The notes beneath the pieces are model-generated. The model ran no database searches. It saw only the letters and a program-made list of their open reading frames with translations, and had not been told where the DNA came from. The position numbers were made by a program, and so were the translations under genes. A DNA stretch of 64,000 nucleotides from a virus, in the IMG/VR virus record IMGVR_UViG_3300036715_003363, one strand, 5' to 3'. This document shows positions 16,369 through 26,467 of the stretch, piece after piece. How positions within the stretch are numbered: the first letter of the stretch is position 1; the number at the start of each line of letters is the position of its first letter.

Positions 16369-18225
16369 ATGAGCGAACAGGTCTTATGTAGTGAACAAAA
16401 TAGGAGTTTAATATTAGAATTGAAAACTTCATATCCAAAACACTACATCAAAATGATTAAAACAAGAAATTTTAAGCTCTGGCTTAAAATACAAGAATTC
16501 AATAAAGACATTGAATGTAGTTATGAAATAACAAACGCTCAAAAAGTATACAACTATTTGAATAATATAAAAATAATCCCTTTATGTCCTGCTACATCAA
16601 AACAGTTAAATTTTTTAAACACAAAATTTGAATATAGAAAATTCTGTGGTAGAGGGATATTCACAACAGAATTTACAAGAGATAGAGGATCTAAGCGAAC
16701 AGGAACGAAATATAATAAAAATATTATAGATTACAAAACACTCAAAACTGAGCTGACGTCTTTTAAAAGCATTTATCTTGAATATAAAAAAGTTTTATCA
16801 ACGTCTACATTTAATGCCGCTAGCCAGCTGCTATCAACTAAATATCCAAAATTAAAGAATGAAATTCACAACTATTTTAATTATTACGAACCTTTTCGAG
16901 CATGCTTATATTGTATAATCAATAATATTGAAGCAATACCAGTATGTGAAATAGATAAAGTTTCATTATGCACATTTTTAGGAGAGAAGAAAGGATTTAC
17001 AAAAACAGCAAACATTAATGCTCACATACTTAAAAGTATTAACGTTAAAAATAAAATTGATACAGCTAATGTTATCAATAAAGATGAGCTAATTGTGTCT
17101 CTTCGCAGTAAAATTTTAGAGCTAAAATCATATCAAAACTTGAAACAGAGCCTATTAAAGATTGATCCGGATATTGTTGCATCTGTCATTCATTATACGT
17201 CTCAACTAAAAAATATAAAAAAATTCAGTGAAAGATGTTATATTTTATTAAACGGAGTACCTCAAAAAAGTCGCGATAAAATAAAATTACATTATCAATC
17301 TTTTAATGAAGGGTATTATGAAAGATTTAAACATACAAACGAAAGCGTCGGAGAAAATGAAATTTTTAATTTTATTAACAGTGAATTAAATATACCTTGT
17401 GAAAAAATGCGTGACGCGTTTGAAATAGATATTTTTATTCCGTCAAAATCTATAGGAATTGAATATAACGGGGAATATTTTCATTCTAATATACACAAAG
17501 ATAAAATGTATCATTACATAAAAACTCAGCATTTTTTATCAAGAGGAATAAACATTCTTCATATATTTGAAACAGAGTGGTACAATAAAAAAGATATTGT
17601 TAAATCCATAATTTGCTCAAAATTAGGAATACATAAAATAAAAATTTACGCTAGAAAATGCAGACTAGTTGATATGACCTCATCTAATAAAAATGAATTT
17701 CTTAAAAACAATCATATTCAAGGAATTGATAAGAGTTTTGATTGTGCAGGACTTGAGTATAACGGTGAGATTGTATCAATAATGACCCTATGCAAAAGAA
17801 AAATTACAGGACGAAAAACAATTGAAATGTCGAGATTTTGTAGTGCGTTAAACACTCAGGTTGTTGGAGGTGCATCAAAATTGTTAAAATATCTATTAAA
17901 AAGAAATAAAGACATTCAAAATATTACAACTTATTGTGATGTTCGATACGGAGCAAATTCAAATGTGTATGAAACGCTAGGATTTACATTTAAACATATT
18001 AGCTCCCCTGATTATTACTACTTTAAACCAGCTATGCCAAAATATTGTAAGCTATTACATCGAAGTAATTTTATGAAACATAAGCTTGTTAGTAAGCTAG
18101 AAGTATTTGATTCCCTCAAGACAGAAAAAGAAAACATGGATTCAAATAAGTATCTCCATATATATGATTGCGGAAATAAAGTCTATGAGATGGTCAACCC
18201 ATACTACAAAAAACAGGAGAGTTAG
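16369..18225 (+). CDS. Hef-like free-standing endonuclease (Vsr/PD-(D/E)xK-like domain + GNAT-like C-domain)
   Basis: EIDIFIP..IGIEYNGEYFH, LHIFETEW, SRFC..VVGGASKLL, YCDVRY, VY..LGF, IYDCG; own TATAAATA at 16354. Confidence 0.7.
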   Translation: MSEQVLCSEQNRSLILELKTSYPKHYIKMIKTRNFKLWLKIQEFNKDIECSYEITNAQKVYNYLNNIKIIPLCPATSKQLNFLNTKFEYRKFCGRGIFTTEFTRDRGSKRTGTKYNKNIIDYKTLKTELTSFKSIYLEYKKVLSTSTFNAASQLLSTKYPKLKNEIHNYFNYYEPFRACLYCIINNIEAIPVCEIDKVSLCTFLGEKKGFTKTANINAHILKSINVKNKIDTANVINKDELIVSLRSKILELKSYQNLKQSLLKIDPDIVASVIHYTSQLKNIKKFSERCYILLNGVPQKSRDKIKLHYQSFNEGYYERFKHTNESVGENEIFNFINSELNIPCEKMRDAFEIDIFIPSKSIGIEYNGEYFHSNIHKDKMYHYIKTQHFLSRGINILHIFETEWYNKKDIVKSIICSKLGIHKIKIYARKCRLVDMTSSNKNEFLKNNHIQGIDKSFDCAGLEYNGEIVSIMTLCKRKITGRKTIEMSRFCSALNTQVVGGASKLLKYLLKRNKDIQNITTYCDVRYGANSNVYETLGFTFKHISSPDYYYFKPAMPKYCKLLHRSNFMKHKLVSKLEVFDSLKTEKENMDSNKYLHIYDCGNKVYEMVNPYYKKQES

Positions 18226-18249
18226 TATAAATAATAACATAAATAGATT

Positions 18250-18789
18250 ATGAGCCAAAATATCGCTGATTTTTACACAGTAGCCGCTGCAAATGACTTT
18301 GCACGTAAGTTTCAATTTCGTGTTGTACAACTTGCACAGACGAATTTTAATGAAAACGCTCTTGTTTATCTTGAGTCTGCAGCTCTTCCAGGTAGATTGA
18401 TCAACAACGTTCAAGTTCCTTTTGAAGGACTTCAGTTTAACGTTCCTGGAACTGCATCATATCCTGGCTCTGATAACTATTCTGTGACGTTCCGTTGCGA
18501 TGCAAGTTACAACATCCGTTCTATTCTCGAAGCTACTACATTCACAACATTTGACGAGAGCACAAGCACAGGTGACTATAGCCTTCCTGGACCTCAGTCA
18601 GTTATCACTCTCAATCTTCTTGACAAGCTTAATGTTCCTATTAAGCAATACAACCTCGTCGGTGCGTATGTTAAAGAGGTTGGTGAGATGGCATACGATC
18701 TTGGTGACGCCGGAACAGTTCAGACAGTTACTGCAACGCTTGCATATCAGTACTGGAATGTAATTAATATTGCCGCGGTTGGCCCCTAA
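18250..18789 (+). CDS. gp19: tail tube protein
   Basis: SAALPG, VPFEG.QFNVPG..Y, VTF..D, YNLVGAYV..VG, TLAYQYW; TATAAATA at 18226. Confidence 0.88.
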   Translation: MSQNIADFYTVAAANDFARKFQFRVVQLAQTNFNENALVYLESAALPGRLINNVQVPFEGLQFNVPGTASYPGSDNYSVTFRCDASYNIRSILEATTFTTFDESTSTGDYSLPGPQSVITLNLLDKLNVPIKQYNLVGAYVKEVGEMAYDLGDAGTVQTVTATLAYQYWNVINIAAVGP

Positions 18790-18822
18790 TTACGAAACTT
18801 CTAGTAATAAGTATTACTAGAG

Positions 18823-20076
18823 ATGCCAACGACTGATACTTTTACACCCACTAACATCAGCGTATACTTAGATCCTCAAAATACAGAGCTACTACGGGCT
18901 TTAGCTGCAGCTGCTGCAGCACAGTATACAGAATTTCAAGGACCAAACACAGGCAAAGCGCAGCCTTCATCACCAATGCCGGCAACAGATGCCGCAGACA
19001 CACAGACTGCAACGACGAACAACTCTCCAGTAGTAGATAGCGTATTTACAGCAAACTATACATCCAGTCCTGTAGCAAACAAAATATCCTTTGCTGCAGC
19101 AACTCTCCCAAATAACAGTCCTGACACATCCAGTCTTCAGTCTTACACTGATATTGGAATTCAAAATGCCAACGGAGTGTCGCCAATTAACAACGGATCA
19201 ATACTCAATCCCTCAATACCATTTCCAACAAACAATATAGGATTTAACAACTTAACTGCTGATACATCAAATCTACCACAGACATCTGATGCATTCACTA
19301 CTCAAGCAACTGATTCATACACAGGAATTCTTGCGTACGCAGGAGCACCTAACGCACAAGGCTCGTCAAACATTCGAGGAGATGCTAGAGAATTTGCAGG
19401 TAGAGTACCCTACTTTTTGTATAATGTGCTCTCACAACCCGCCGGAGCACTTCCAAAAGGTGCGCAGTGGGTGGTGATGTGGGCAGGAAACTCTAATCAC
19501 ACAAAAGGTCTTCCAAATACAATTAGAAATATTCCACTTTATGAGCCGAATGGAGGCACTCCATGGGCAATTGAAAATGCATTTCTCTCTTTGGCAACGG
19601 AAAGCTACAACGGCAATATGGGTTGTATGTTTGCTCAAAGTATTAATATTCCAGGTGAAGACAATAACGTTCAGCCAGACGGAATTGTGCAGATGAACGG
19701 ATACCTTCAGGGATATATTGGCCAAGGAAGACAAATTCCAAACAAGATGTCAATATCGTTCCTTGAAACAAATGTTGATTTTGTTGATAATATTATTCGC
19801 CCGTGGGTCATCATGACAGGACATCTTGGAATGATCAACCGCCCAGCTGAGCAAGAATATAGAACAGATATATTGTTTTATAAACTAGGCATCACAACTC
19901 CTTTCTATCCTCCAACAATTTTAGCAAAATACTCCTTTTACAACGCATGTCCAGTCAGTGTTACTGCACATGAATATACATACGATCCATATACAGCTCC
20001 AATTAGAAAAACAGCTGAGTTTGTATATCAGTATTATTCAGTTAATTCAAGTAGGAGTGCATTTGTAAACGCGTAA
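18823..20076 (+). CDS. tube-fold baseplate protein (gp54-like) with long low-complexity N-extension
   Basis: C-half AQSINIPGE, ISFLET, IRPW, FYNACPVSV, EFVYQYY. Confidence 0.55.
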   Translation: MPTTDTFTPTNISVYLDPQNTELLRALAAAAAAQYTEFQGPNTGKAQPSSPMPATDAADTQTATTNNSPVVDSVFTANYTSSPVANKISFAAATLPNNSPDTSSLQSYTDIGIQNANGVSPINNGSILNPSIPFPTNNIGFNNLTADTSNLPQTSDAFTTQATDSYTGILAYAGAPNAQGSSNIRGDAREFAGRVPYFLYNVLSQPAGALPKGAQWVVMWAGNSNHTKGLPNTIRNIPLYEPNGGTPWAIENAFLSLATESYNGNMGCMFAQSINIPGEDNNVQPDGIVQMNGYLQGYIGQGRQIPNKMSISFLETNVDFVDNIIRPWVIMTGHLGMINRPAEQEYRTDILFYKLGITTPFYPPTILAKYSFYNACPVSVTAHEYTYDPYTAPIRKTAEFVYQYYSVNSSRSAFVNA

Positions 20077-20110
20077 TTTGCAAATAAACAGGAAATATAC
20101 TAAATACAGC

Positions 20111-20929
20111 ATGGCTCAACTCAGTTATAAGGTACCCTTTATTACAAAGGAAGTGTATGCAAAAGAACTGTGCATGAAAGATTACAAAACATTATTGAAA
20201 GCGATAATAGGGAACGATTTAAATCATGATGTAGCAAATAATATAAATCAGATCATTGTTACAGCGACAAATCTTAAAAATATTAAAAACGTTCAGCATC
20301 TTAATGTAGTAGAATACTTTATTATTTTAACATTTATTAGAATGATCAGTATTGGTAATGTACTAAACCTCGTATCAACAAAAGATGATGTTCGAACAAA
20401 CCTTACACTAAATCTTAGCTCAACTATTAAGAATATTAGTGAGGCTCTAATAAAAGATTCTGAGGTGATACATAATAGCGACACGGTTGTGTGTGGAATC
20501 CCTCTTGTAAAAGACATAACTGAAAGTAATTTTAGTGTGGTCAACTATATTAAAAAAATTATAATTGATAATCATATTGAATTTGAAGGAGATGTGATCA
20601 AAAAAGCGGTTGAGTATATTACGCCTCTACATCTTTCAAAAGTTAAAGTTAATCACAAGAATGCCGCTGAAAAAATATACCAATGTCTATTCTTTGAAGC
20701 TCCTGACAAACAATTTAATATTCCTTTCTTTATTGATGCAGATACAATATACTATCTTATCAAGCTAATGTTCAGCGACAACTTAATGAACATATTCAGT
20801 GATATTTTTTCACTGAGTAAAAGATCAAACATATCCGCTGAGTATATCAATAGCATCACTCCCGGTGAATTTAAAATTTTTACAAAGCTACTCGAAAAAG
20901 AGCAGCACGAAGCACAAGAAACTTTATGA
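20111..20929 (+). CDS. baseplate hub assembly protein, gp26/gp51-like
   Basis: N-term KVPF..VYAKEL..KDYK.LL; C-term SLSKRSNISAEYINSITPGE resembles gp51; ATG 20111 follows TAAATA 20101. Confidence 0.5.
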   Translation: MAQLSYKVPFITKEVYAKELCMKDYKTLLKAIIGNDLNHDVANNINQIIVTATNLKNIKNVQHLNVVEYFIILTFIRMISIGNVLNLVSTKDDVRTNLTLNLSSTIKNISEALIKDSEVIHNSDTVVCGIPLVKDITESNFSVVNYIKKIIIDNHIEFEGDVIKKAVEYITPLHLSKVKVNHKNAAEKIYQCLFFEAPDKQFNIPFFIDADTIYYLIKLMFSDNLMNIFSDIFSLSKRSNISAEYINSITPGEFKIFTKLLEKEQHEAQETL

Positions 20930-21633
20930 AAGATATCAAACAGGCCCTAGAAGAAATTAATACACGTAGAGCGTATCCAATTACACTTACTAATAACAAA
21001 ATTATCAAATTTAAGCCTATAACAATTGAGCAGTTACAGGGAATGATTGCAAGCGTCACAAAGAATCCATATCTCAATATTGGATTTCAGCAAGAGTTAA
21101 CAAATCTAATTAGAATTAACAGTATTGCAGACTTTGACATTAACACAATCAATGAACTTGATAAGGTTATCATTGCCTTGCAGAGCAGAATTGTCGATAT
21201 TAGTTCAACTTGGGAAGGTACTCCAATTATGTACAATATTCCTCAATTACAGGAAGATCTTGATATTGTTATTGGTGACGTCAAGGTGACATGTAGTATT
21301 CCGGATCTCTATACAGAAGAAAGATACAATAATTTTACTATTGAGAAGTATGGTGAGCCCGCTTCAGAAGAGAACGCATTGAAGGATATCTTAAACATTA
21401 TGTTTGCAGCAGAACTTGGAAAGTATGTAAAGTCTGTTACAGTTTCAGGTACGGAGTATAACTCTAAAGATAGCTTTGCTGCGTGGACAACTGCGGTATC
21501 CGCACTTTCAACTGATTATCTTAAAGAAGTACTAAAATACGTTGATAACACAAAGGTCCTTAGGGACAACATGCTTAGAATTGATGATAATACAGCAGTT
21601 CAGTATGATATTAGAATTTTTACTGATTACTAA
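20926..21633 (+). CDS. baseplate hub protein, gp26-like paralog
   Basis: ITLTNNKIIKFKPITIEQ motif; position in baseplate operon. Confidence 0.45.
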   Translation: MKDIKQALEEINTRRAYPITLTNNKIIKFKPITIEQLQGMIASVTKNPYLNIGFQQELTNLIRINSIADFDINTINELDKVIIALQSRIVDISSTWEGTPIMYNIPQLQEDLDIVIGDVKVTCSIPDLYTEERYNNFTIEKYGEPASEENALKDILNIMFAAELGKYVKSVTVSGTEYNSKDSFAAWTTAVSALSTDYLKEVLKYVDNTKVLRDNMLRIDDNTAVQYDIRIFTDY

Positions 21634-21659
21634 GGATTAAGTTTGTTAAATAATAGTGT

Positions 21660-23069
21660 ATGTCTGAAACAACAGTTGAAAAGAGTGCACTTGATAAGTT
21701 AGTGGAGTTAAATTCCGCTACTCTTAACTTCTATAAGAATATTGAAAAAGGTATTTCATCTCTTGTTCAGAACTCTGCAGAGCTTGTCGATACCAGTAAG
21801 ATAATTGCTGATAATCGCGACGATAAACATTCTAGTATATGGGATAGAAATAGCTCAGGTAAAATTCCTAAAATTCCTGTAATTCCGGTGCGTATTGTCG
21901 GAAGTGACATCAAGACAGAAAAAGAAGATCAGAAACCAGAAATAGAATCACAACCAACGAGTCTTAGAGGCAACAATCTTTTTGAAAAGACGCTGCATTA
22001 TATGTTTCTCATGCATCAAGATTTATCTAAAAAGAAACAAGAAGTTAAACCAGAAGTTAAACCAAGAGAATCATCATTTATTGATAAAAAAAATCATTTT
22101 GAAGAAGAGGAAGATTTAATCTACACAGATGTTCATAGAATTTATATGCTTCTTAGTAAAGCGCTTAAAAAAGGCGGTGCATTCGGACCTCAAGATGAGC
22201 ATCCCTCAAAATCTACTGATGATAATCATGGCGATGCGTTTGGTTCCGGCATACTAGGCGGACTGCTAGGAATGCTAGGATTAAAAGCACTCTCCACTAA
22301 AAAACCAGAGACTCCAGTTGACAAAGAAGCGCCAACTGAAACAAAGACAAACGAAGCAGACGAAGTAGAATCAAAGAAAACAATTGAACCAAAGGCTGAA
22401 AAAGTTACTACTGGCGAGATTGCAGAGAGAGGAATTAAAGAAGTAACTGCTGACAGCGCAGTTAAATCAGTTACGGAAAAAACTGGTGTCATATCCGCTG
22501 AAAAACTAGGATCAAAAGCAATTGCGTACGCAGTTCCGCTCCTTGGAGATATCGCTCTTGGAGCACTAGCTGCTTGGGATGATCCAAAAAAAGACGCGAA
22601 CTGGCGGCACCGACTCGGACGCGGAGCAGCCGTAGCAGGAGGATCTCTCGCTGGTCGTGTAGCTGGTGGTGCACTGGGAACCGCCGTTGTTCCTGGGCTA
22701 GGAACAGCTGTAGGTGAATTTTCTGGCTCTGTAGGGGGAGCAATCGGTGCTGAAAAATGGTACGACAGCGATGACAAAAAAGATAGTGTAAAACCCGTTG
22801 AGCAAAAGCCGGTCGCAGAATCAAATTATGATAAACCTCTACAAGACATTTCAGATAGCACAAAATTAATTCAAGAATCTGTTAGAAATATTGAACAGAG
22901 TATGAATAAACTATCGTTTAGTGGAGGAGAAAGATCTGAAGATAAAAAACAGCTATATAATCTAATTTATCAGCCGCAATCATCAGAGTCTCCCACAGAA
23001 AGACCAGATATACAAGATCTTCATGGTCAAGCAAAAGATAAGAGATCAGATTTTTATCCGTTTAAATAA
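21660..23069 (+). CDS. tape-measure / gp29-like protein
   Basis: Gly/Ala-rich amphipathic segments (GAAVAGGSLAG..GGAIG) and charged low-complexity stretches, upstream of gp48/53-like genes. Confidence 0.45.
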   Translation: MSETTVEKSALDKLVELNSATLNFYKNIEKGISSLVQNSAELVDTSKIIADNRDDKHSSIWDRNSSGKIPKIPVIPVRIVGSDIKTEKEDQKPEIESQPTSLRGNNLFEKTLHYMFLMHQDLSKKKQEVKPEVKPRESSFIDKKNHFEEEEDLIYTDVHRIYMLLSKALKKGGAFGPQDEHPSKSTDDNHGDAFGSGILGGLLGMLGLKALSTKKPETPVDKEAPTETKTNEADEVESKKTIEPKAEKVTTGEIAERGIKEVTADSAVKSVTEKTGVISAEKLGSKAIAYAVPLLGDIALGALAAWDDPKKDANWRHRLGRGAAVAGGSLAGRVAGGALGTAVVPGLGTAVGEFSGSVGGAIGAEKWYDSDDKKDSVKPVEQKPVAESNYDKPLQDISDSTKLIQESVRNIEQSMNKLSFSGGERSEDKKQLYNLIYQPQSSESPTERPDIQDLHGQAKDKRSDFYPFK

Positions 23070-23072
23070 TAT

Positions 23073-24200
23073 ATGGCAACAATACTCTTTAATTATAGTT
23101 CAGACTCAGGAGTGCCTAATAGTGTCAATGGGCTAAAAGGATATGGCGCAACTGGTGAGCTCTTGCCAGGTCGTGGTGAAGGTCATGTTGACGTTGTTCG
23201 CAACTATCCCTGGACTCTATCACCTCCAGCTAGTCCTGCGCTCGATGAAGTACCGTATATACAATTAACTGAACATAGATACGATCAGAAGCAACTTGAC
23301 GCACAACTTTATATCTATGCAGCAGGATGGAAACAAAAAACAGATATTATAAATGGCACAGCGCGCTCTGATCCATATGAAAATTTATATAATCCTAACA
23401 GAACAGGATTTACATATACAATTCCTTACTTTGATGATACTGCGCACTCAATCGACAGTAGTTGGGACGGTTTAAATGCGCTTGACATATCAGGATTAAC
23501 TGACGTGTCAGGCGGCCTGATTCAGTTCGCTGGAGAAGAACGTATTCGTTCAAAAAAACTTAATACTGGAGGCCTTGCAGTGCTTGCAGGAGGATTAATA
23601 AAAAGTCTACCAGGTATTGTTCAACAAAGTACAACAATTGGTGCAGCATATTCCAATTCACAAATTGGAATTGTAGATAGACCCAAGTTGTTCTCTCGCT
23701 CTTCTGAACGATCATTTACAATTGAATTTCCTCTGTACAATACTATTACAACCTCTGGTCAGAGGTGGTCAGCAACAATTCAAAAAAATTGGGAGCTCTG
23801 CTATCTACTAACATATCAAAATCTGTTTTATAAAAAATCATTCTTTACTGCATCACCTCCAGTGTTTTATGATGTTTATATTCCTGGGTTATATCACACA
23901 AAAGCTGCAGTTGTATCTCGTCTTAAAATTACAAATAAAGGAAATATTAGAAGAATGACATTTGATTGGACAGGAAGAATGTTAGATTATAATATTCCAG
24001 ATTGTTATGTTGTAAGCATTACTCTTCAAGATCTACTTACACCAAGCAAAAATCTCATGCATAGTGCTGGCTCCGGTCCAGTGACAACAACATCAGCAGC
24101 TTTTAATAGTAACCTTAATACGACGACACTAATACAAGCAGCAGCGTCAGTACCAGCAGACGCAGCAGCAGCAGTAAGTAAGTATGTAAATCAAAAATGA
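23073..24200 (+). CDS. baseplate tail-tube cap, gp48-like
   Basis: FSRSSERSFTIEFPL, PP.FYDVYIPG, VVS.L.I, SITLQ..L. Confidence 0.5.
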   Translation: MATILFNYSSDSGVPNSVNGLKGYGATGELLPGRGEGHVDVVRNYPWTLSPPASPALDEVPYIQLTEHRYDQKQLDAQLYIYAAGWKQKTDIINGTARSDPYENLYNPNRTGFTYTIPYFDDTAHSIDSSWDGLNALDISGLTDVSGGLIQFAGEERIRSKKLNTGGLAVLAGGLIKSLPGIVQQSTTIGAAYSNSQIGIVDRPKLFSRSSERSFTIEFPLYNTITTSGQRWSATIQKNWELCYLLTYQNLFYKKSFFTASPPVFYDVYIPGLYHTKAAVVSRLKITNKGNIRRMTFDWTGRMLDYNIPDCYVVSITLQDLLTPSKNLMHSAGSGPVTTTSAAFNSNLNTTTLIQAAASVPADAAAAVSKYVNQK

Positions 24201-24535
24201 AGCAGAGCGATCTTTCAAATCTACCAACTCTATCACAGAGTAACTATGAAAATATCTTTAATATTTATCAAGATAAAGATAGCCGCTATTACTATAATCT
24301 GCTTCAAACAATCTCAATTCCGTCTAATATTCCTGACAGCTATTTTGACAGATATCAAGTAGTTGCAGAAGACACATTTCCGTTTATTTCGTGGAAAGTA
24401 TACGGAATAACTGAACTATGGTGGATAATTGCAGAGGTAAATAATATCATTGATCCAACTCAGCAACTAGAGCCAGGAACAACTCTAAAAACTTTAAAGA
24501 CGGATATAGTTTCACTAATTCTAAGTCAGATATAA
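24197..24535 (+). CDS. gp53: baseplate wedge subunit, gp53-like (LysM-like)
   Basis: DTFPFISWKVYG..ELWWII..VNNI.DP. Confidence 0.8.
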   Translation: MKQSDLSNLPTLSQSNYENIFNIYQDKDSRYYYNLLQTISIPSNIPDSYFDRYQVVAEDTFPFISWKVYGITELWWIIAEVNNIIDPTQQLEPGTTLKTLKTDIVSLILSQI

Positions 24536-24536
24536 A

Positions 24537-26207
24537 ATGGCATCGTTTGATATTTCTAGCATTACTATAAGAGATGGAGCAGTAGCTCCATCTCATAAAT
24601 TTACATACAACAACCAACAGTATGTCGTAAGGATTATTTTGAACAATTACGATGCATCTCAATCAGTGTTATTTTCTCCTGCAGCTATTATTGATTTAAC
24701 AATTGAAGATGGATTATCTAATTGGGTTGAAACAGGACAACTAACAGTATTTTGGAACAATGAAACCATTGAAAATAAACATGTTCTACGAAATGATGGA
24801 TACGATACACTTTTTATAACAATATATCCGACGAGAGAAGGAATTCCAAAACAAACAACAAGCAAGGATAGATTTCTACCTAAGTATGAAACAGCTGATT
24901 GGACAATTAACGGCATATATTCAATATATGAAATTGAAGACATACCTGCCCCTCCGGGAGCTTCTGGAACTAGTTCAAATACAACTAAGTGTAAAAGATT
25001 TTATTTTAGAGACATAAGATATCAGGACCTCTCAACACAGATTGTTGAATACTCAACGGCAACATCACAAAGTCAGCCAAATAAAAATAATATAACAGCT
25101 GGATCAACTGACAGCGAAAGAAGTCTTCCCACTGGTGTCATAATAAGCGACATCATAAAACAAAATCTCGGCGACAAAATAAACAATATTACAACTGATA
25201 CATCATCATGGGATAACGGAAAAACTAATTTATTTCTTACCTCTCCAGCAAATGCAACTGCATTTGATCTAATGATGTATGCATATAATCTACATATTGC
25301 ATCAGATTCTGAAGATTTTTGTGTGTTAACAATTAATAGAGGGCCAAAACAGTTTGATTTTGGTGAGTTTACACTCCGACCAATAAGAGAATATTTTAAT
25401 AGAGCTGGAAATGAAATTGACAATCCAGGCAATCTTCAAATAGAACACTTTTTTATTCAAGACGATCAAAAAGTTAAAGTTGGAATAAAAAGATCACCGA
25501 ATAAGCAGTCAGCAACAAAAGATTTATCTTTTACTGATTACAGTCTTATTAGAAGCTACGAGTATGTTGAAATATCACCGGAAACAAATGCTCGTGAATT
25601 TACAACAAGACCAGTTTACTCTTTTGATCTTAATAAGAGATTGTTTCGCGTTGAATTTGAAGATAATGATATACTAGCTGCATCAAAAATAATGAATAAA
25701 AATTATGTCCAAGGAGTAATGACTAGACAGGGATCAACTGCAAATAACCTTAACATTACTCTTGATGAACATAAAAAAGATAGAAATCTTACTCCTGTAT
25801 TTTCTCTTCATGGTCAAGCAGAAGACTACAACCCCATACGCAAAGCTGCTGGAATGGTACACCTTTTAAAAACAGGATTGTTTCAAAACGCATACATTAT
25901 TTTTAATGTACCTGGTCTTACATCTCGACAGTCAGGGACGTTTATTGCAATTGATAGAATAAGCGGTAGCACAGTTGATAATAACTTATTTGATGATAAA
26001 TTCTGTGGCCAATGGTTTGTACTTAGTGTTAAAAACGTATTTCAAGGAACTACATTTACGAATGAAATTGTTGCATGTAAAATTCATAGATACCAAACAC
26101 TTCCCATGACAAGCTCTCTGCCCTTCACAATTACAAATCCGATTGGTGGAATAGAACCTCGAGCAAACGACGCAACGGTTAATATCAGTGTTGCAAACAC
26201 AGTATAA
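24537..26207 (+). CDS. baseplate hub, gp27-like
   Basis: DLTIED...G.L, C-term VPG...R..G.FI.I, FCGQWFVLSVKNVF. Confidence 0.55.
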   Translation: MASFDISSITIRDGAVAPSHKFTYNNQQYVVRIILNNYDASQSVLFSPAAIIDLTIEDGLSNWVETGQLTVFWNNETIENKHVLRNDGYDTLFITIYPTREGIPKQTTSKDRFLPKYETADWTINGIYSIYEIEDIPAPPGASGTSSNTTKCKRFYFRDIRYQDLSTQIVEYSTATSQSQPNKNNITAGSTDSERSLPTGVIISDIIKQNLGDKINNITTDTSSWDNGKTNLFLTSPANATAFDLMMYAYNLHIASDSEDFCVLTINRGPKQFDFGEFTLRPIREYFNRAGNEIDNPGNLQIEHFFIQDDQKVKVGIKRSPNKQSATKDLSFTDYSLIRSYEYVEISPETNAREFTTRPVYSFDLNKRLFRVEFEDNDILAASKIMNKNYVQGVMTRQGSTANNLNITLDEHKKDRNLTPVFSLHGQAEDYNPIRKAAGMVHLLKTGLFQNAYIIFNVPGLTSRQSGTFIAIDRISGSTVDNNLFDDKFCGQWFVLSVKNVFQGTTFTNEIVACKIHRYQTLPMTSSLPFTITNPIGGIEPRANDATVNISVANTV

Positions 26208-26215
26208 ATATCTTT

Positions 26216-26467
26216 ATGATTAGCTACTTTACAACAATTGAAATACAAAACGGACAGTATGTGGGAGTTGCGTACAACCAAGGAAATAATTATGTAATTT
26301 ATCGTTCAAAGCCCTATCAAAGTCAATCAGCAGCTATCACTGATGTAAATACCTTTCTTAAAACTATGAAAGCGCCTGATGCACAAGCAGCTCCTCAACA
26401 AACAATTGTTAATACTACAGCCTTACAGCCATTTCAAGGACCGACTAAAAAGTGTTGTGGTCGCTAA
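26216..26467 (+). CDS. hypothetical protein ending KKCCGR
   Basis: 83 aa; TATAAATA at 26203-26210. Confidence 0.65.
   Translation: MISYFTTIEIQNGQYVGVAYNQGNNYVIYRSKPYQSQSAAITDVNTFLKTMKAPDAQAAPQQTIVNTTALQPFQGPTKKCCGR

Noticed and set aside
21660-23069. Holin or membrane toxin reading of the Gly/Ala-rich segments
   Set aside because: Position among baseplate genes and glycine-zipper-like segments fit a tape-measure/gp29-type protein better.
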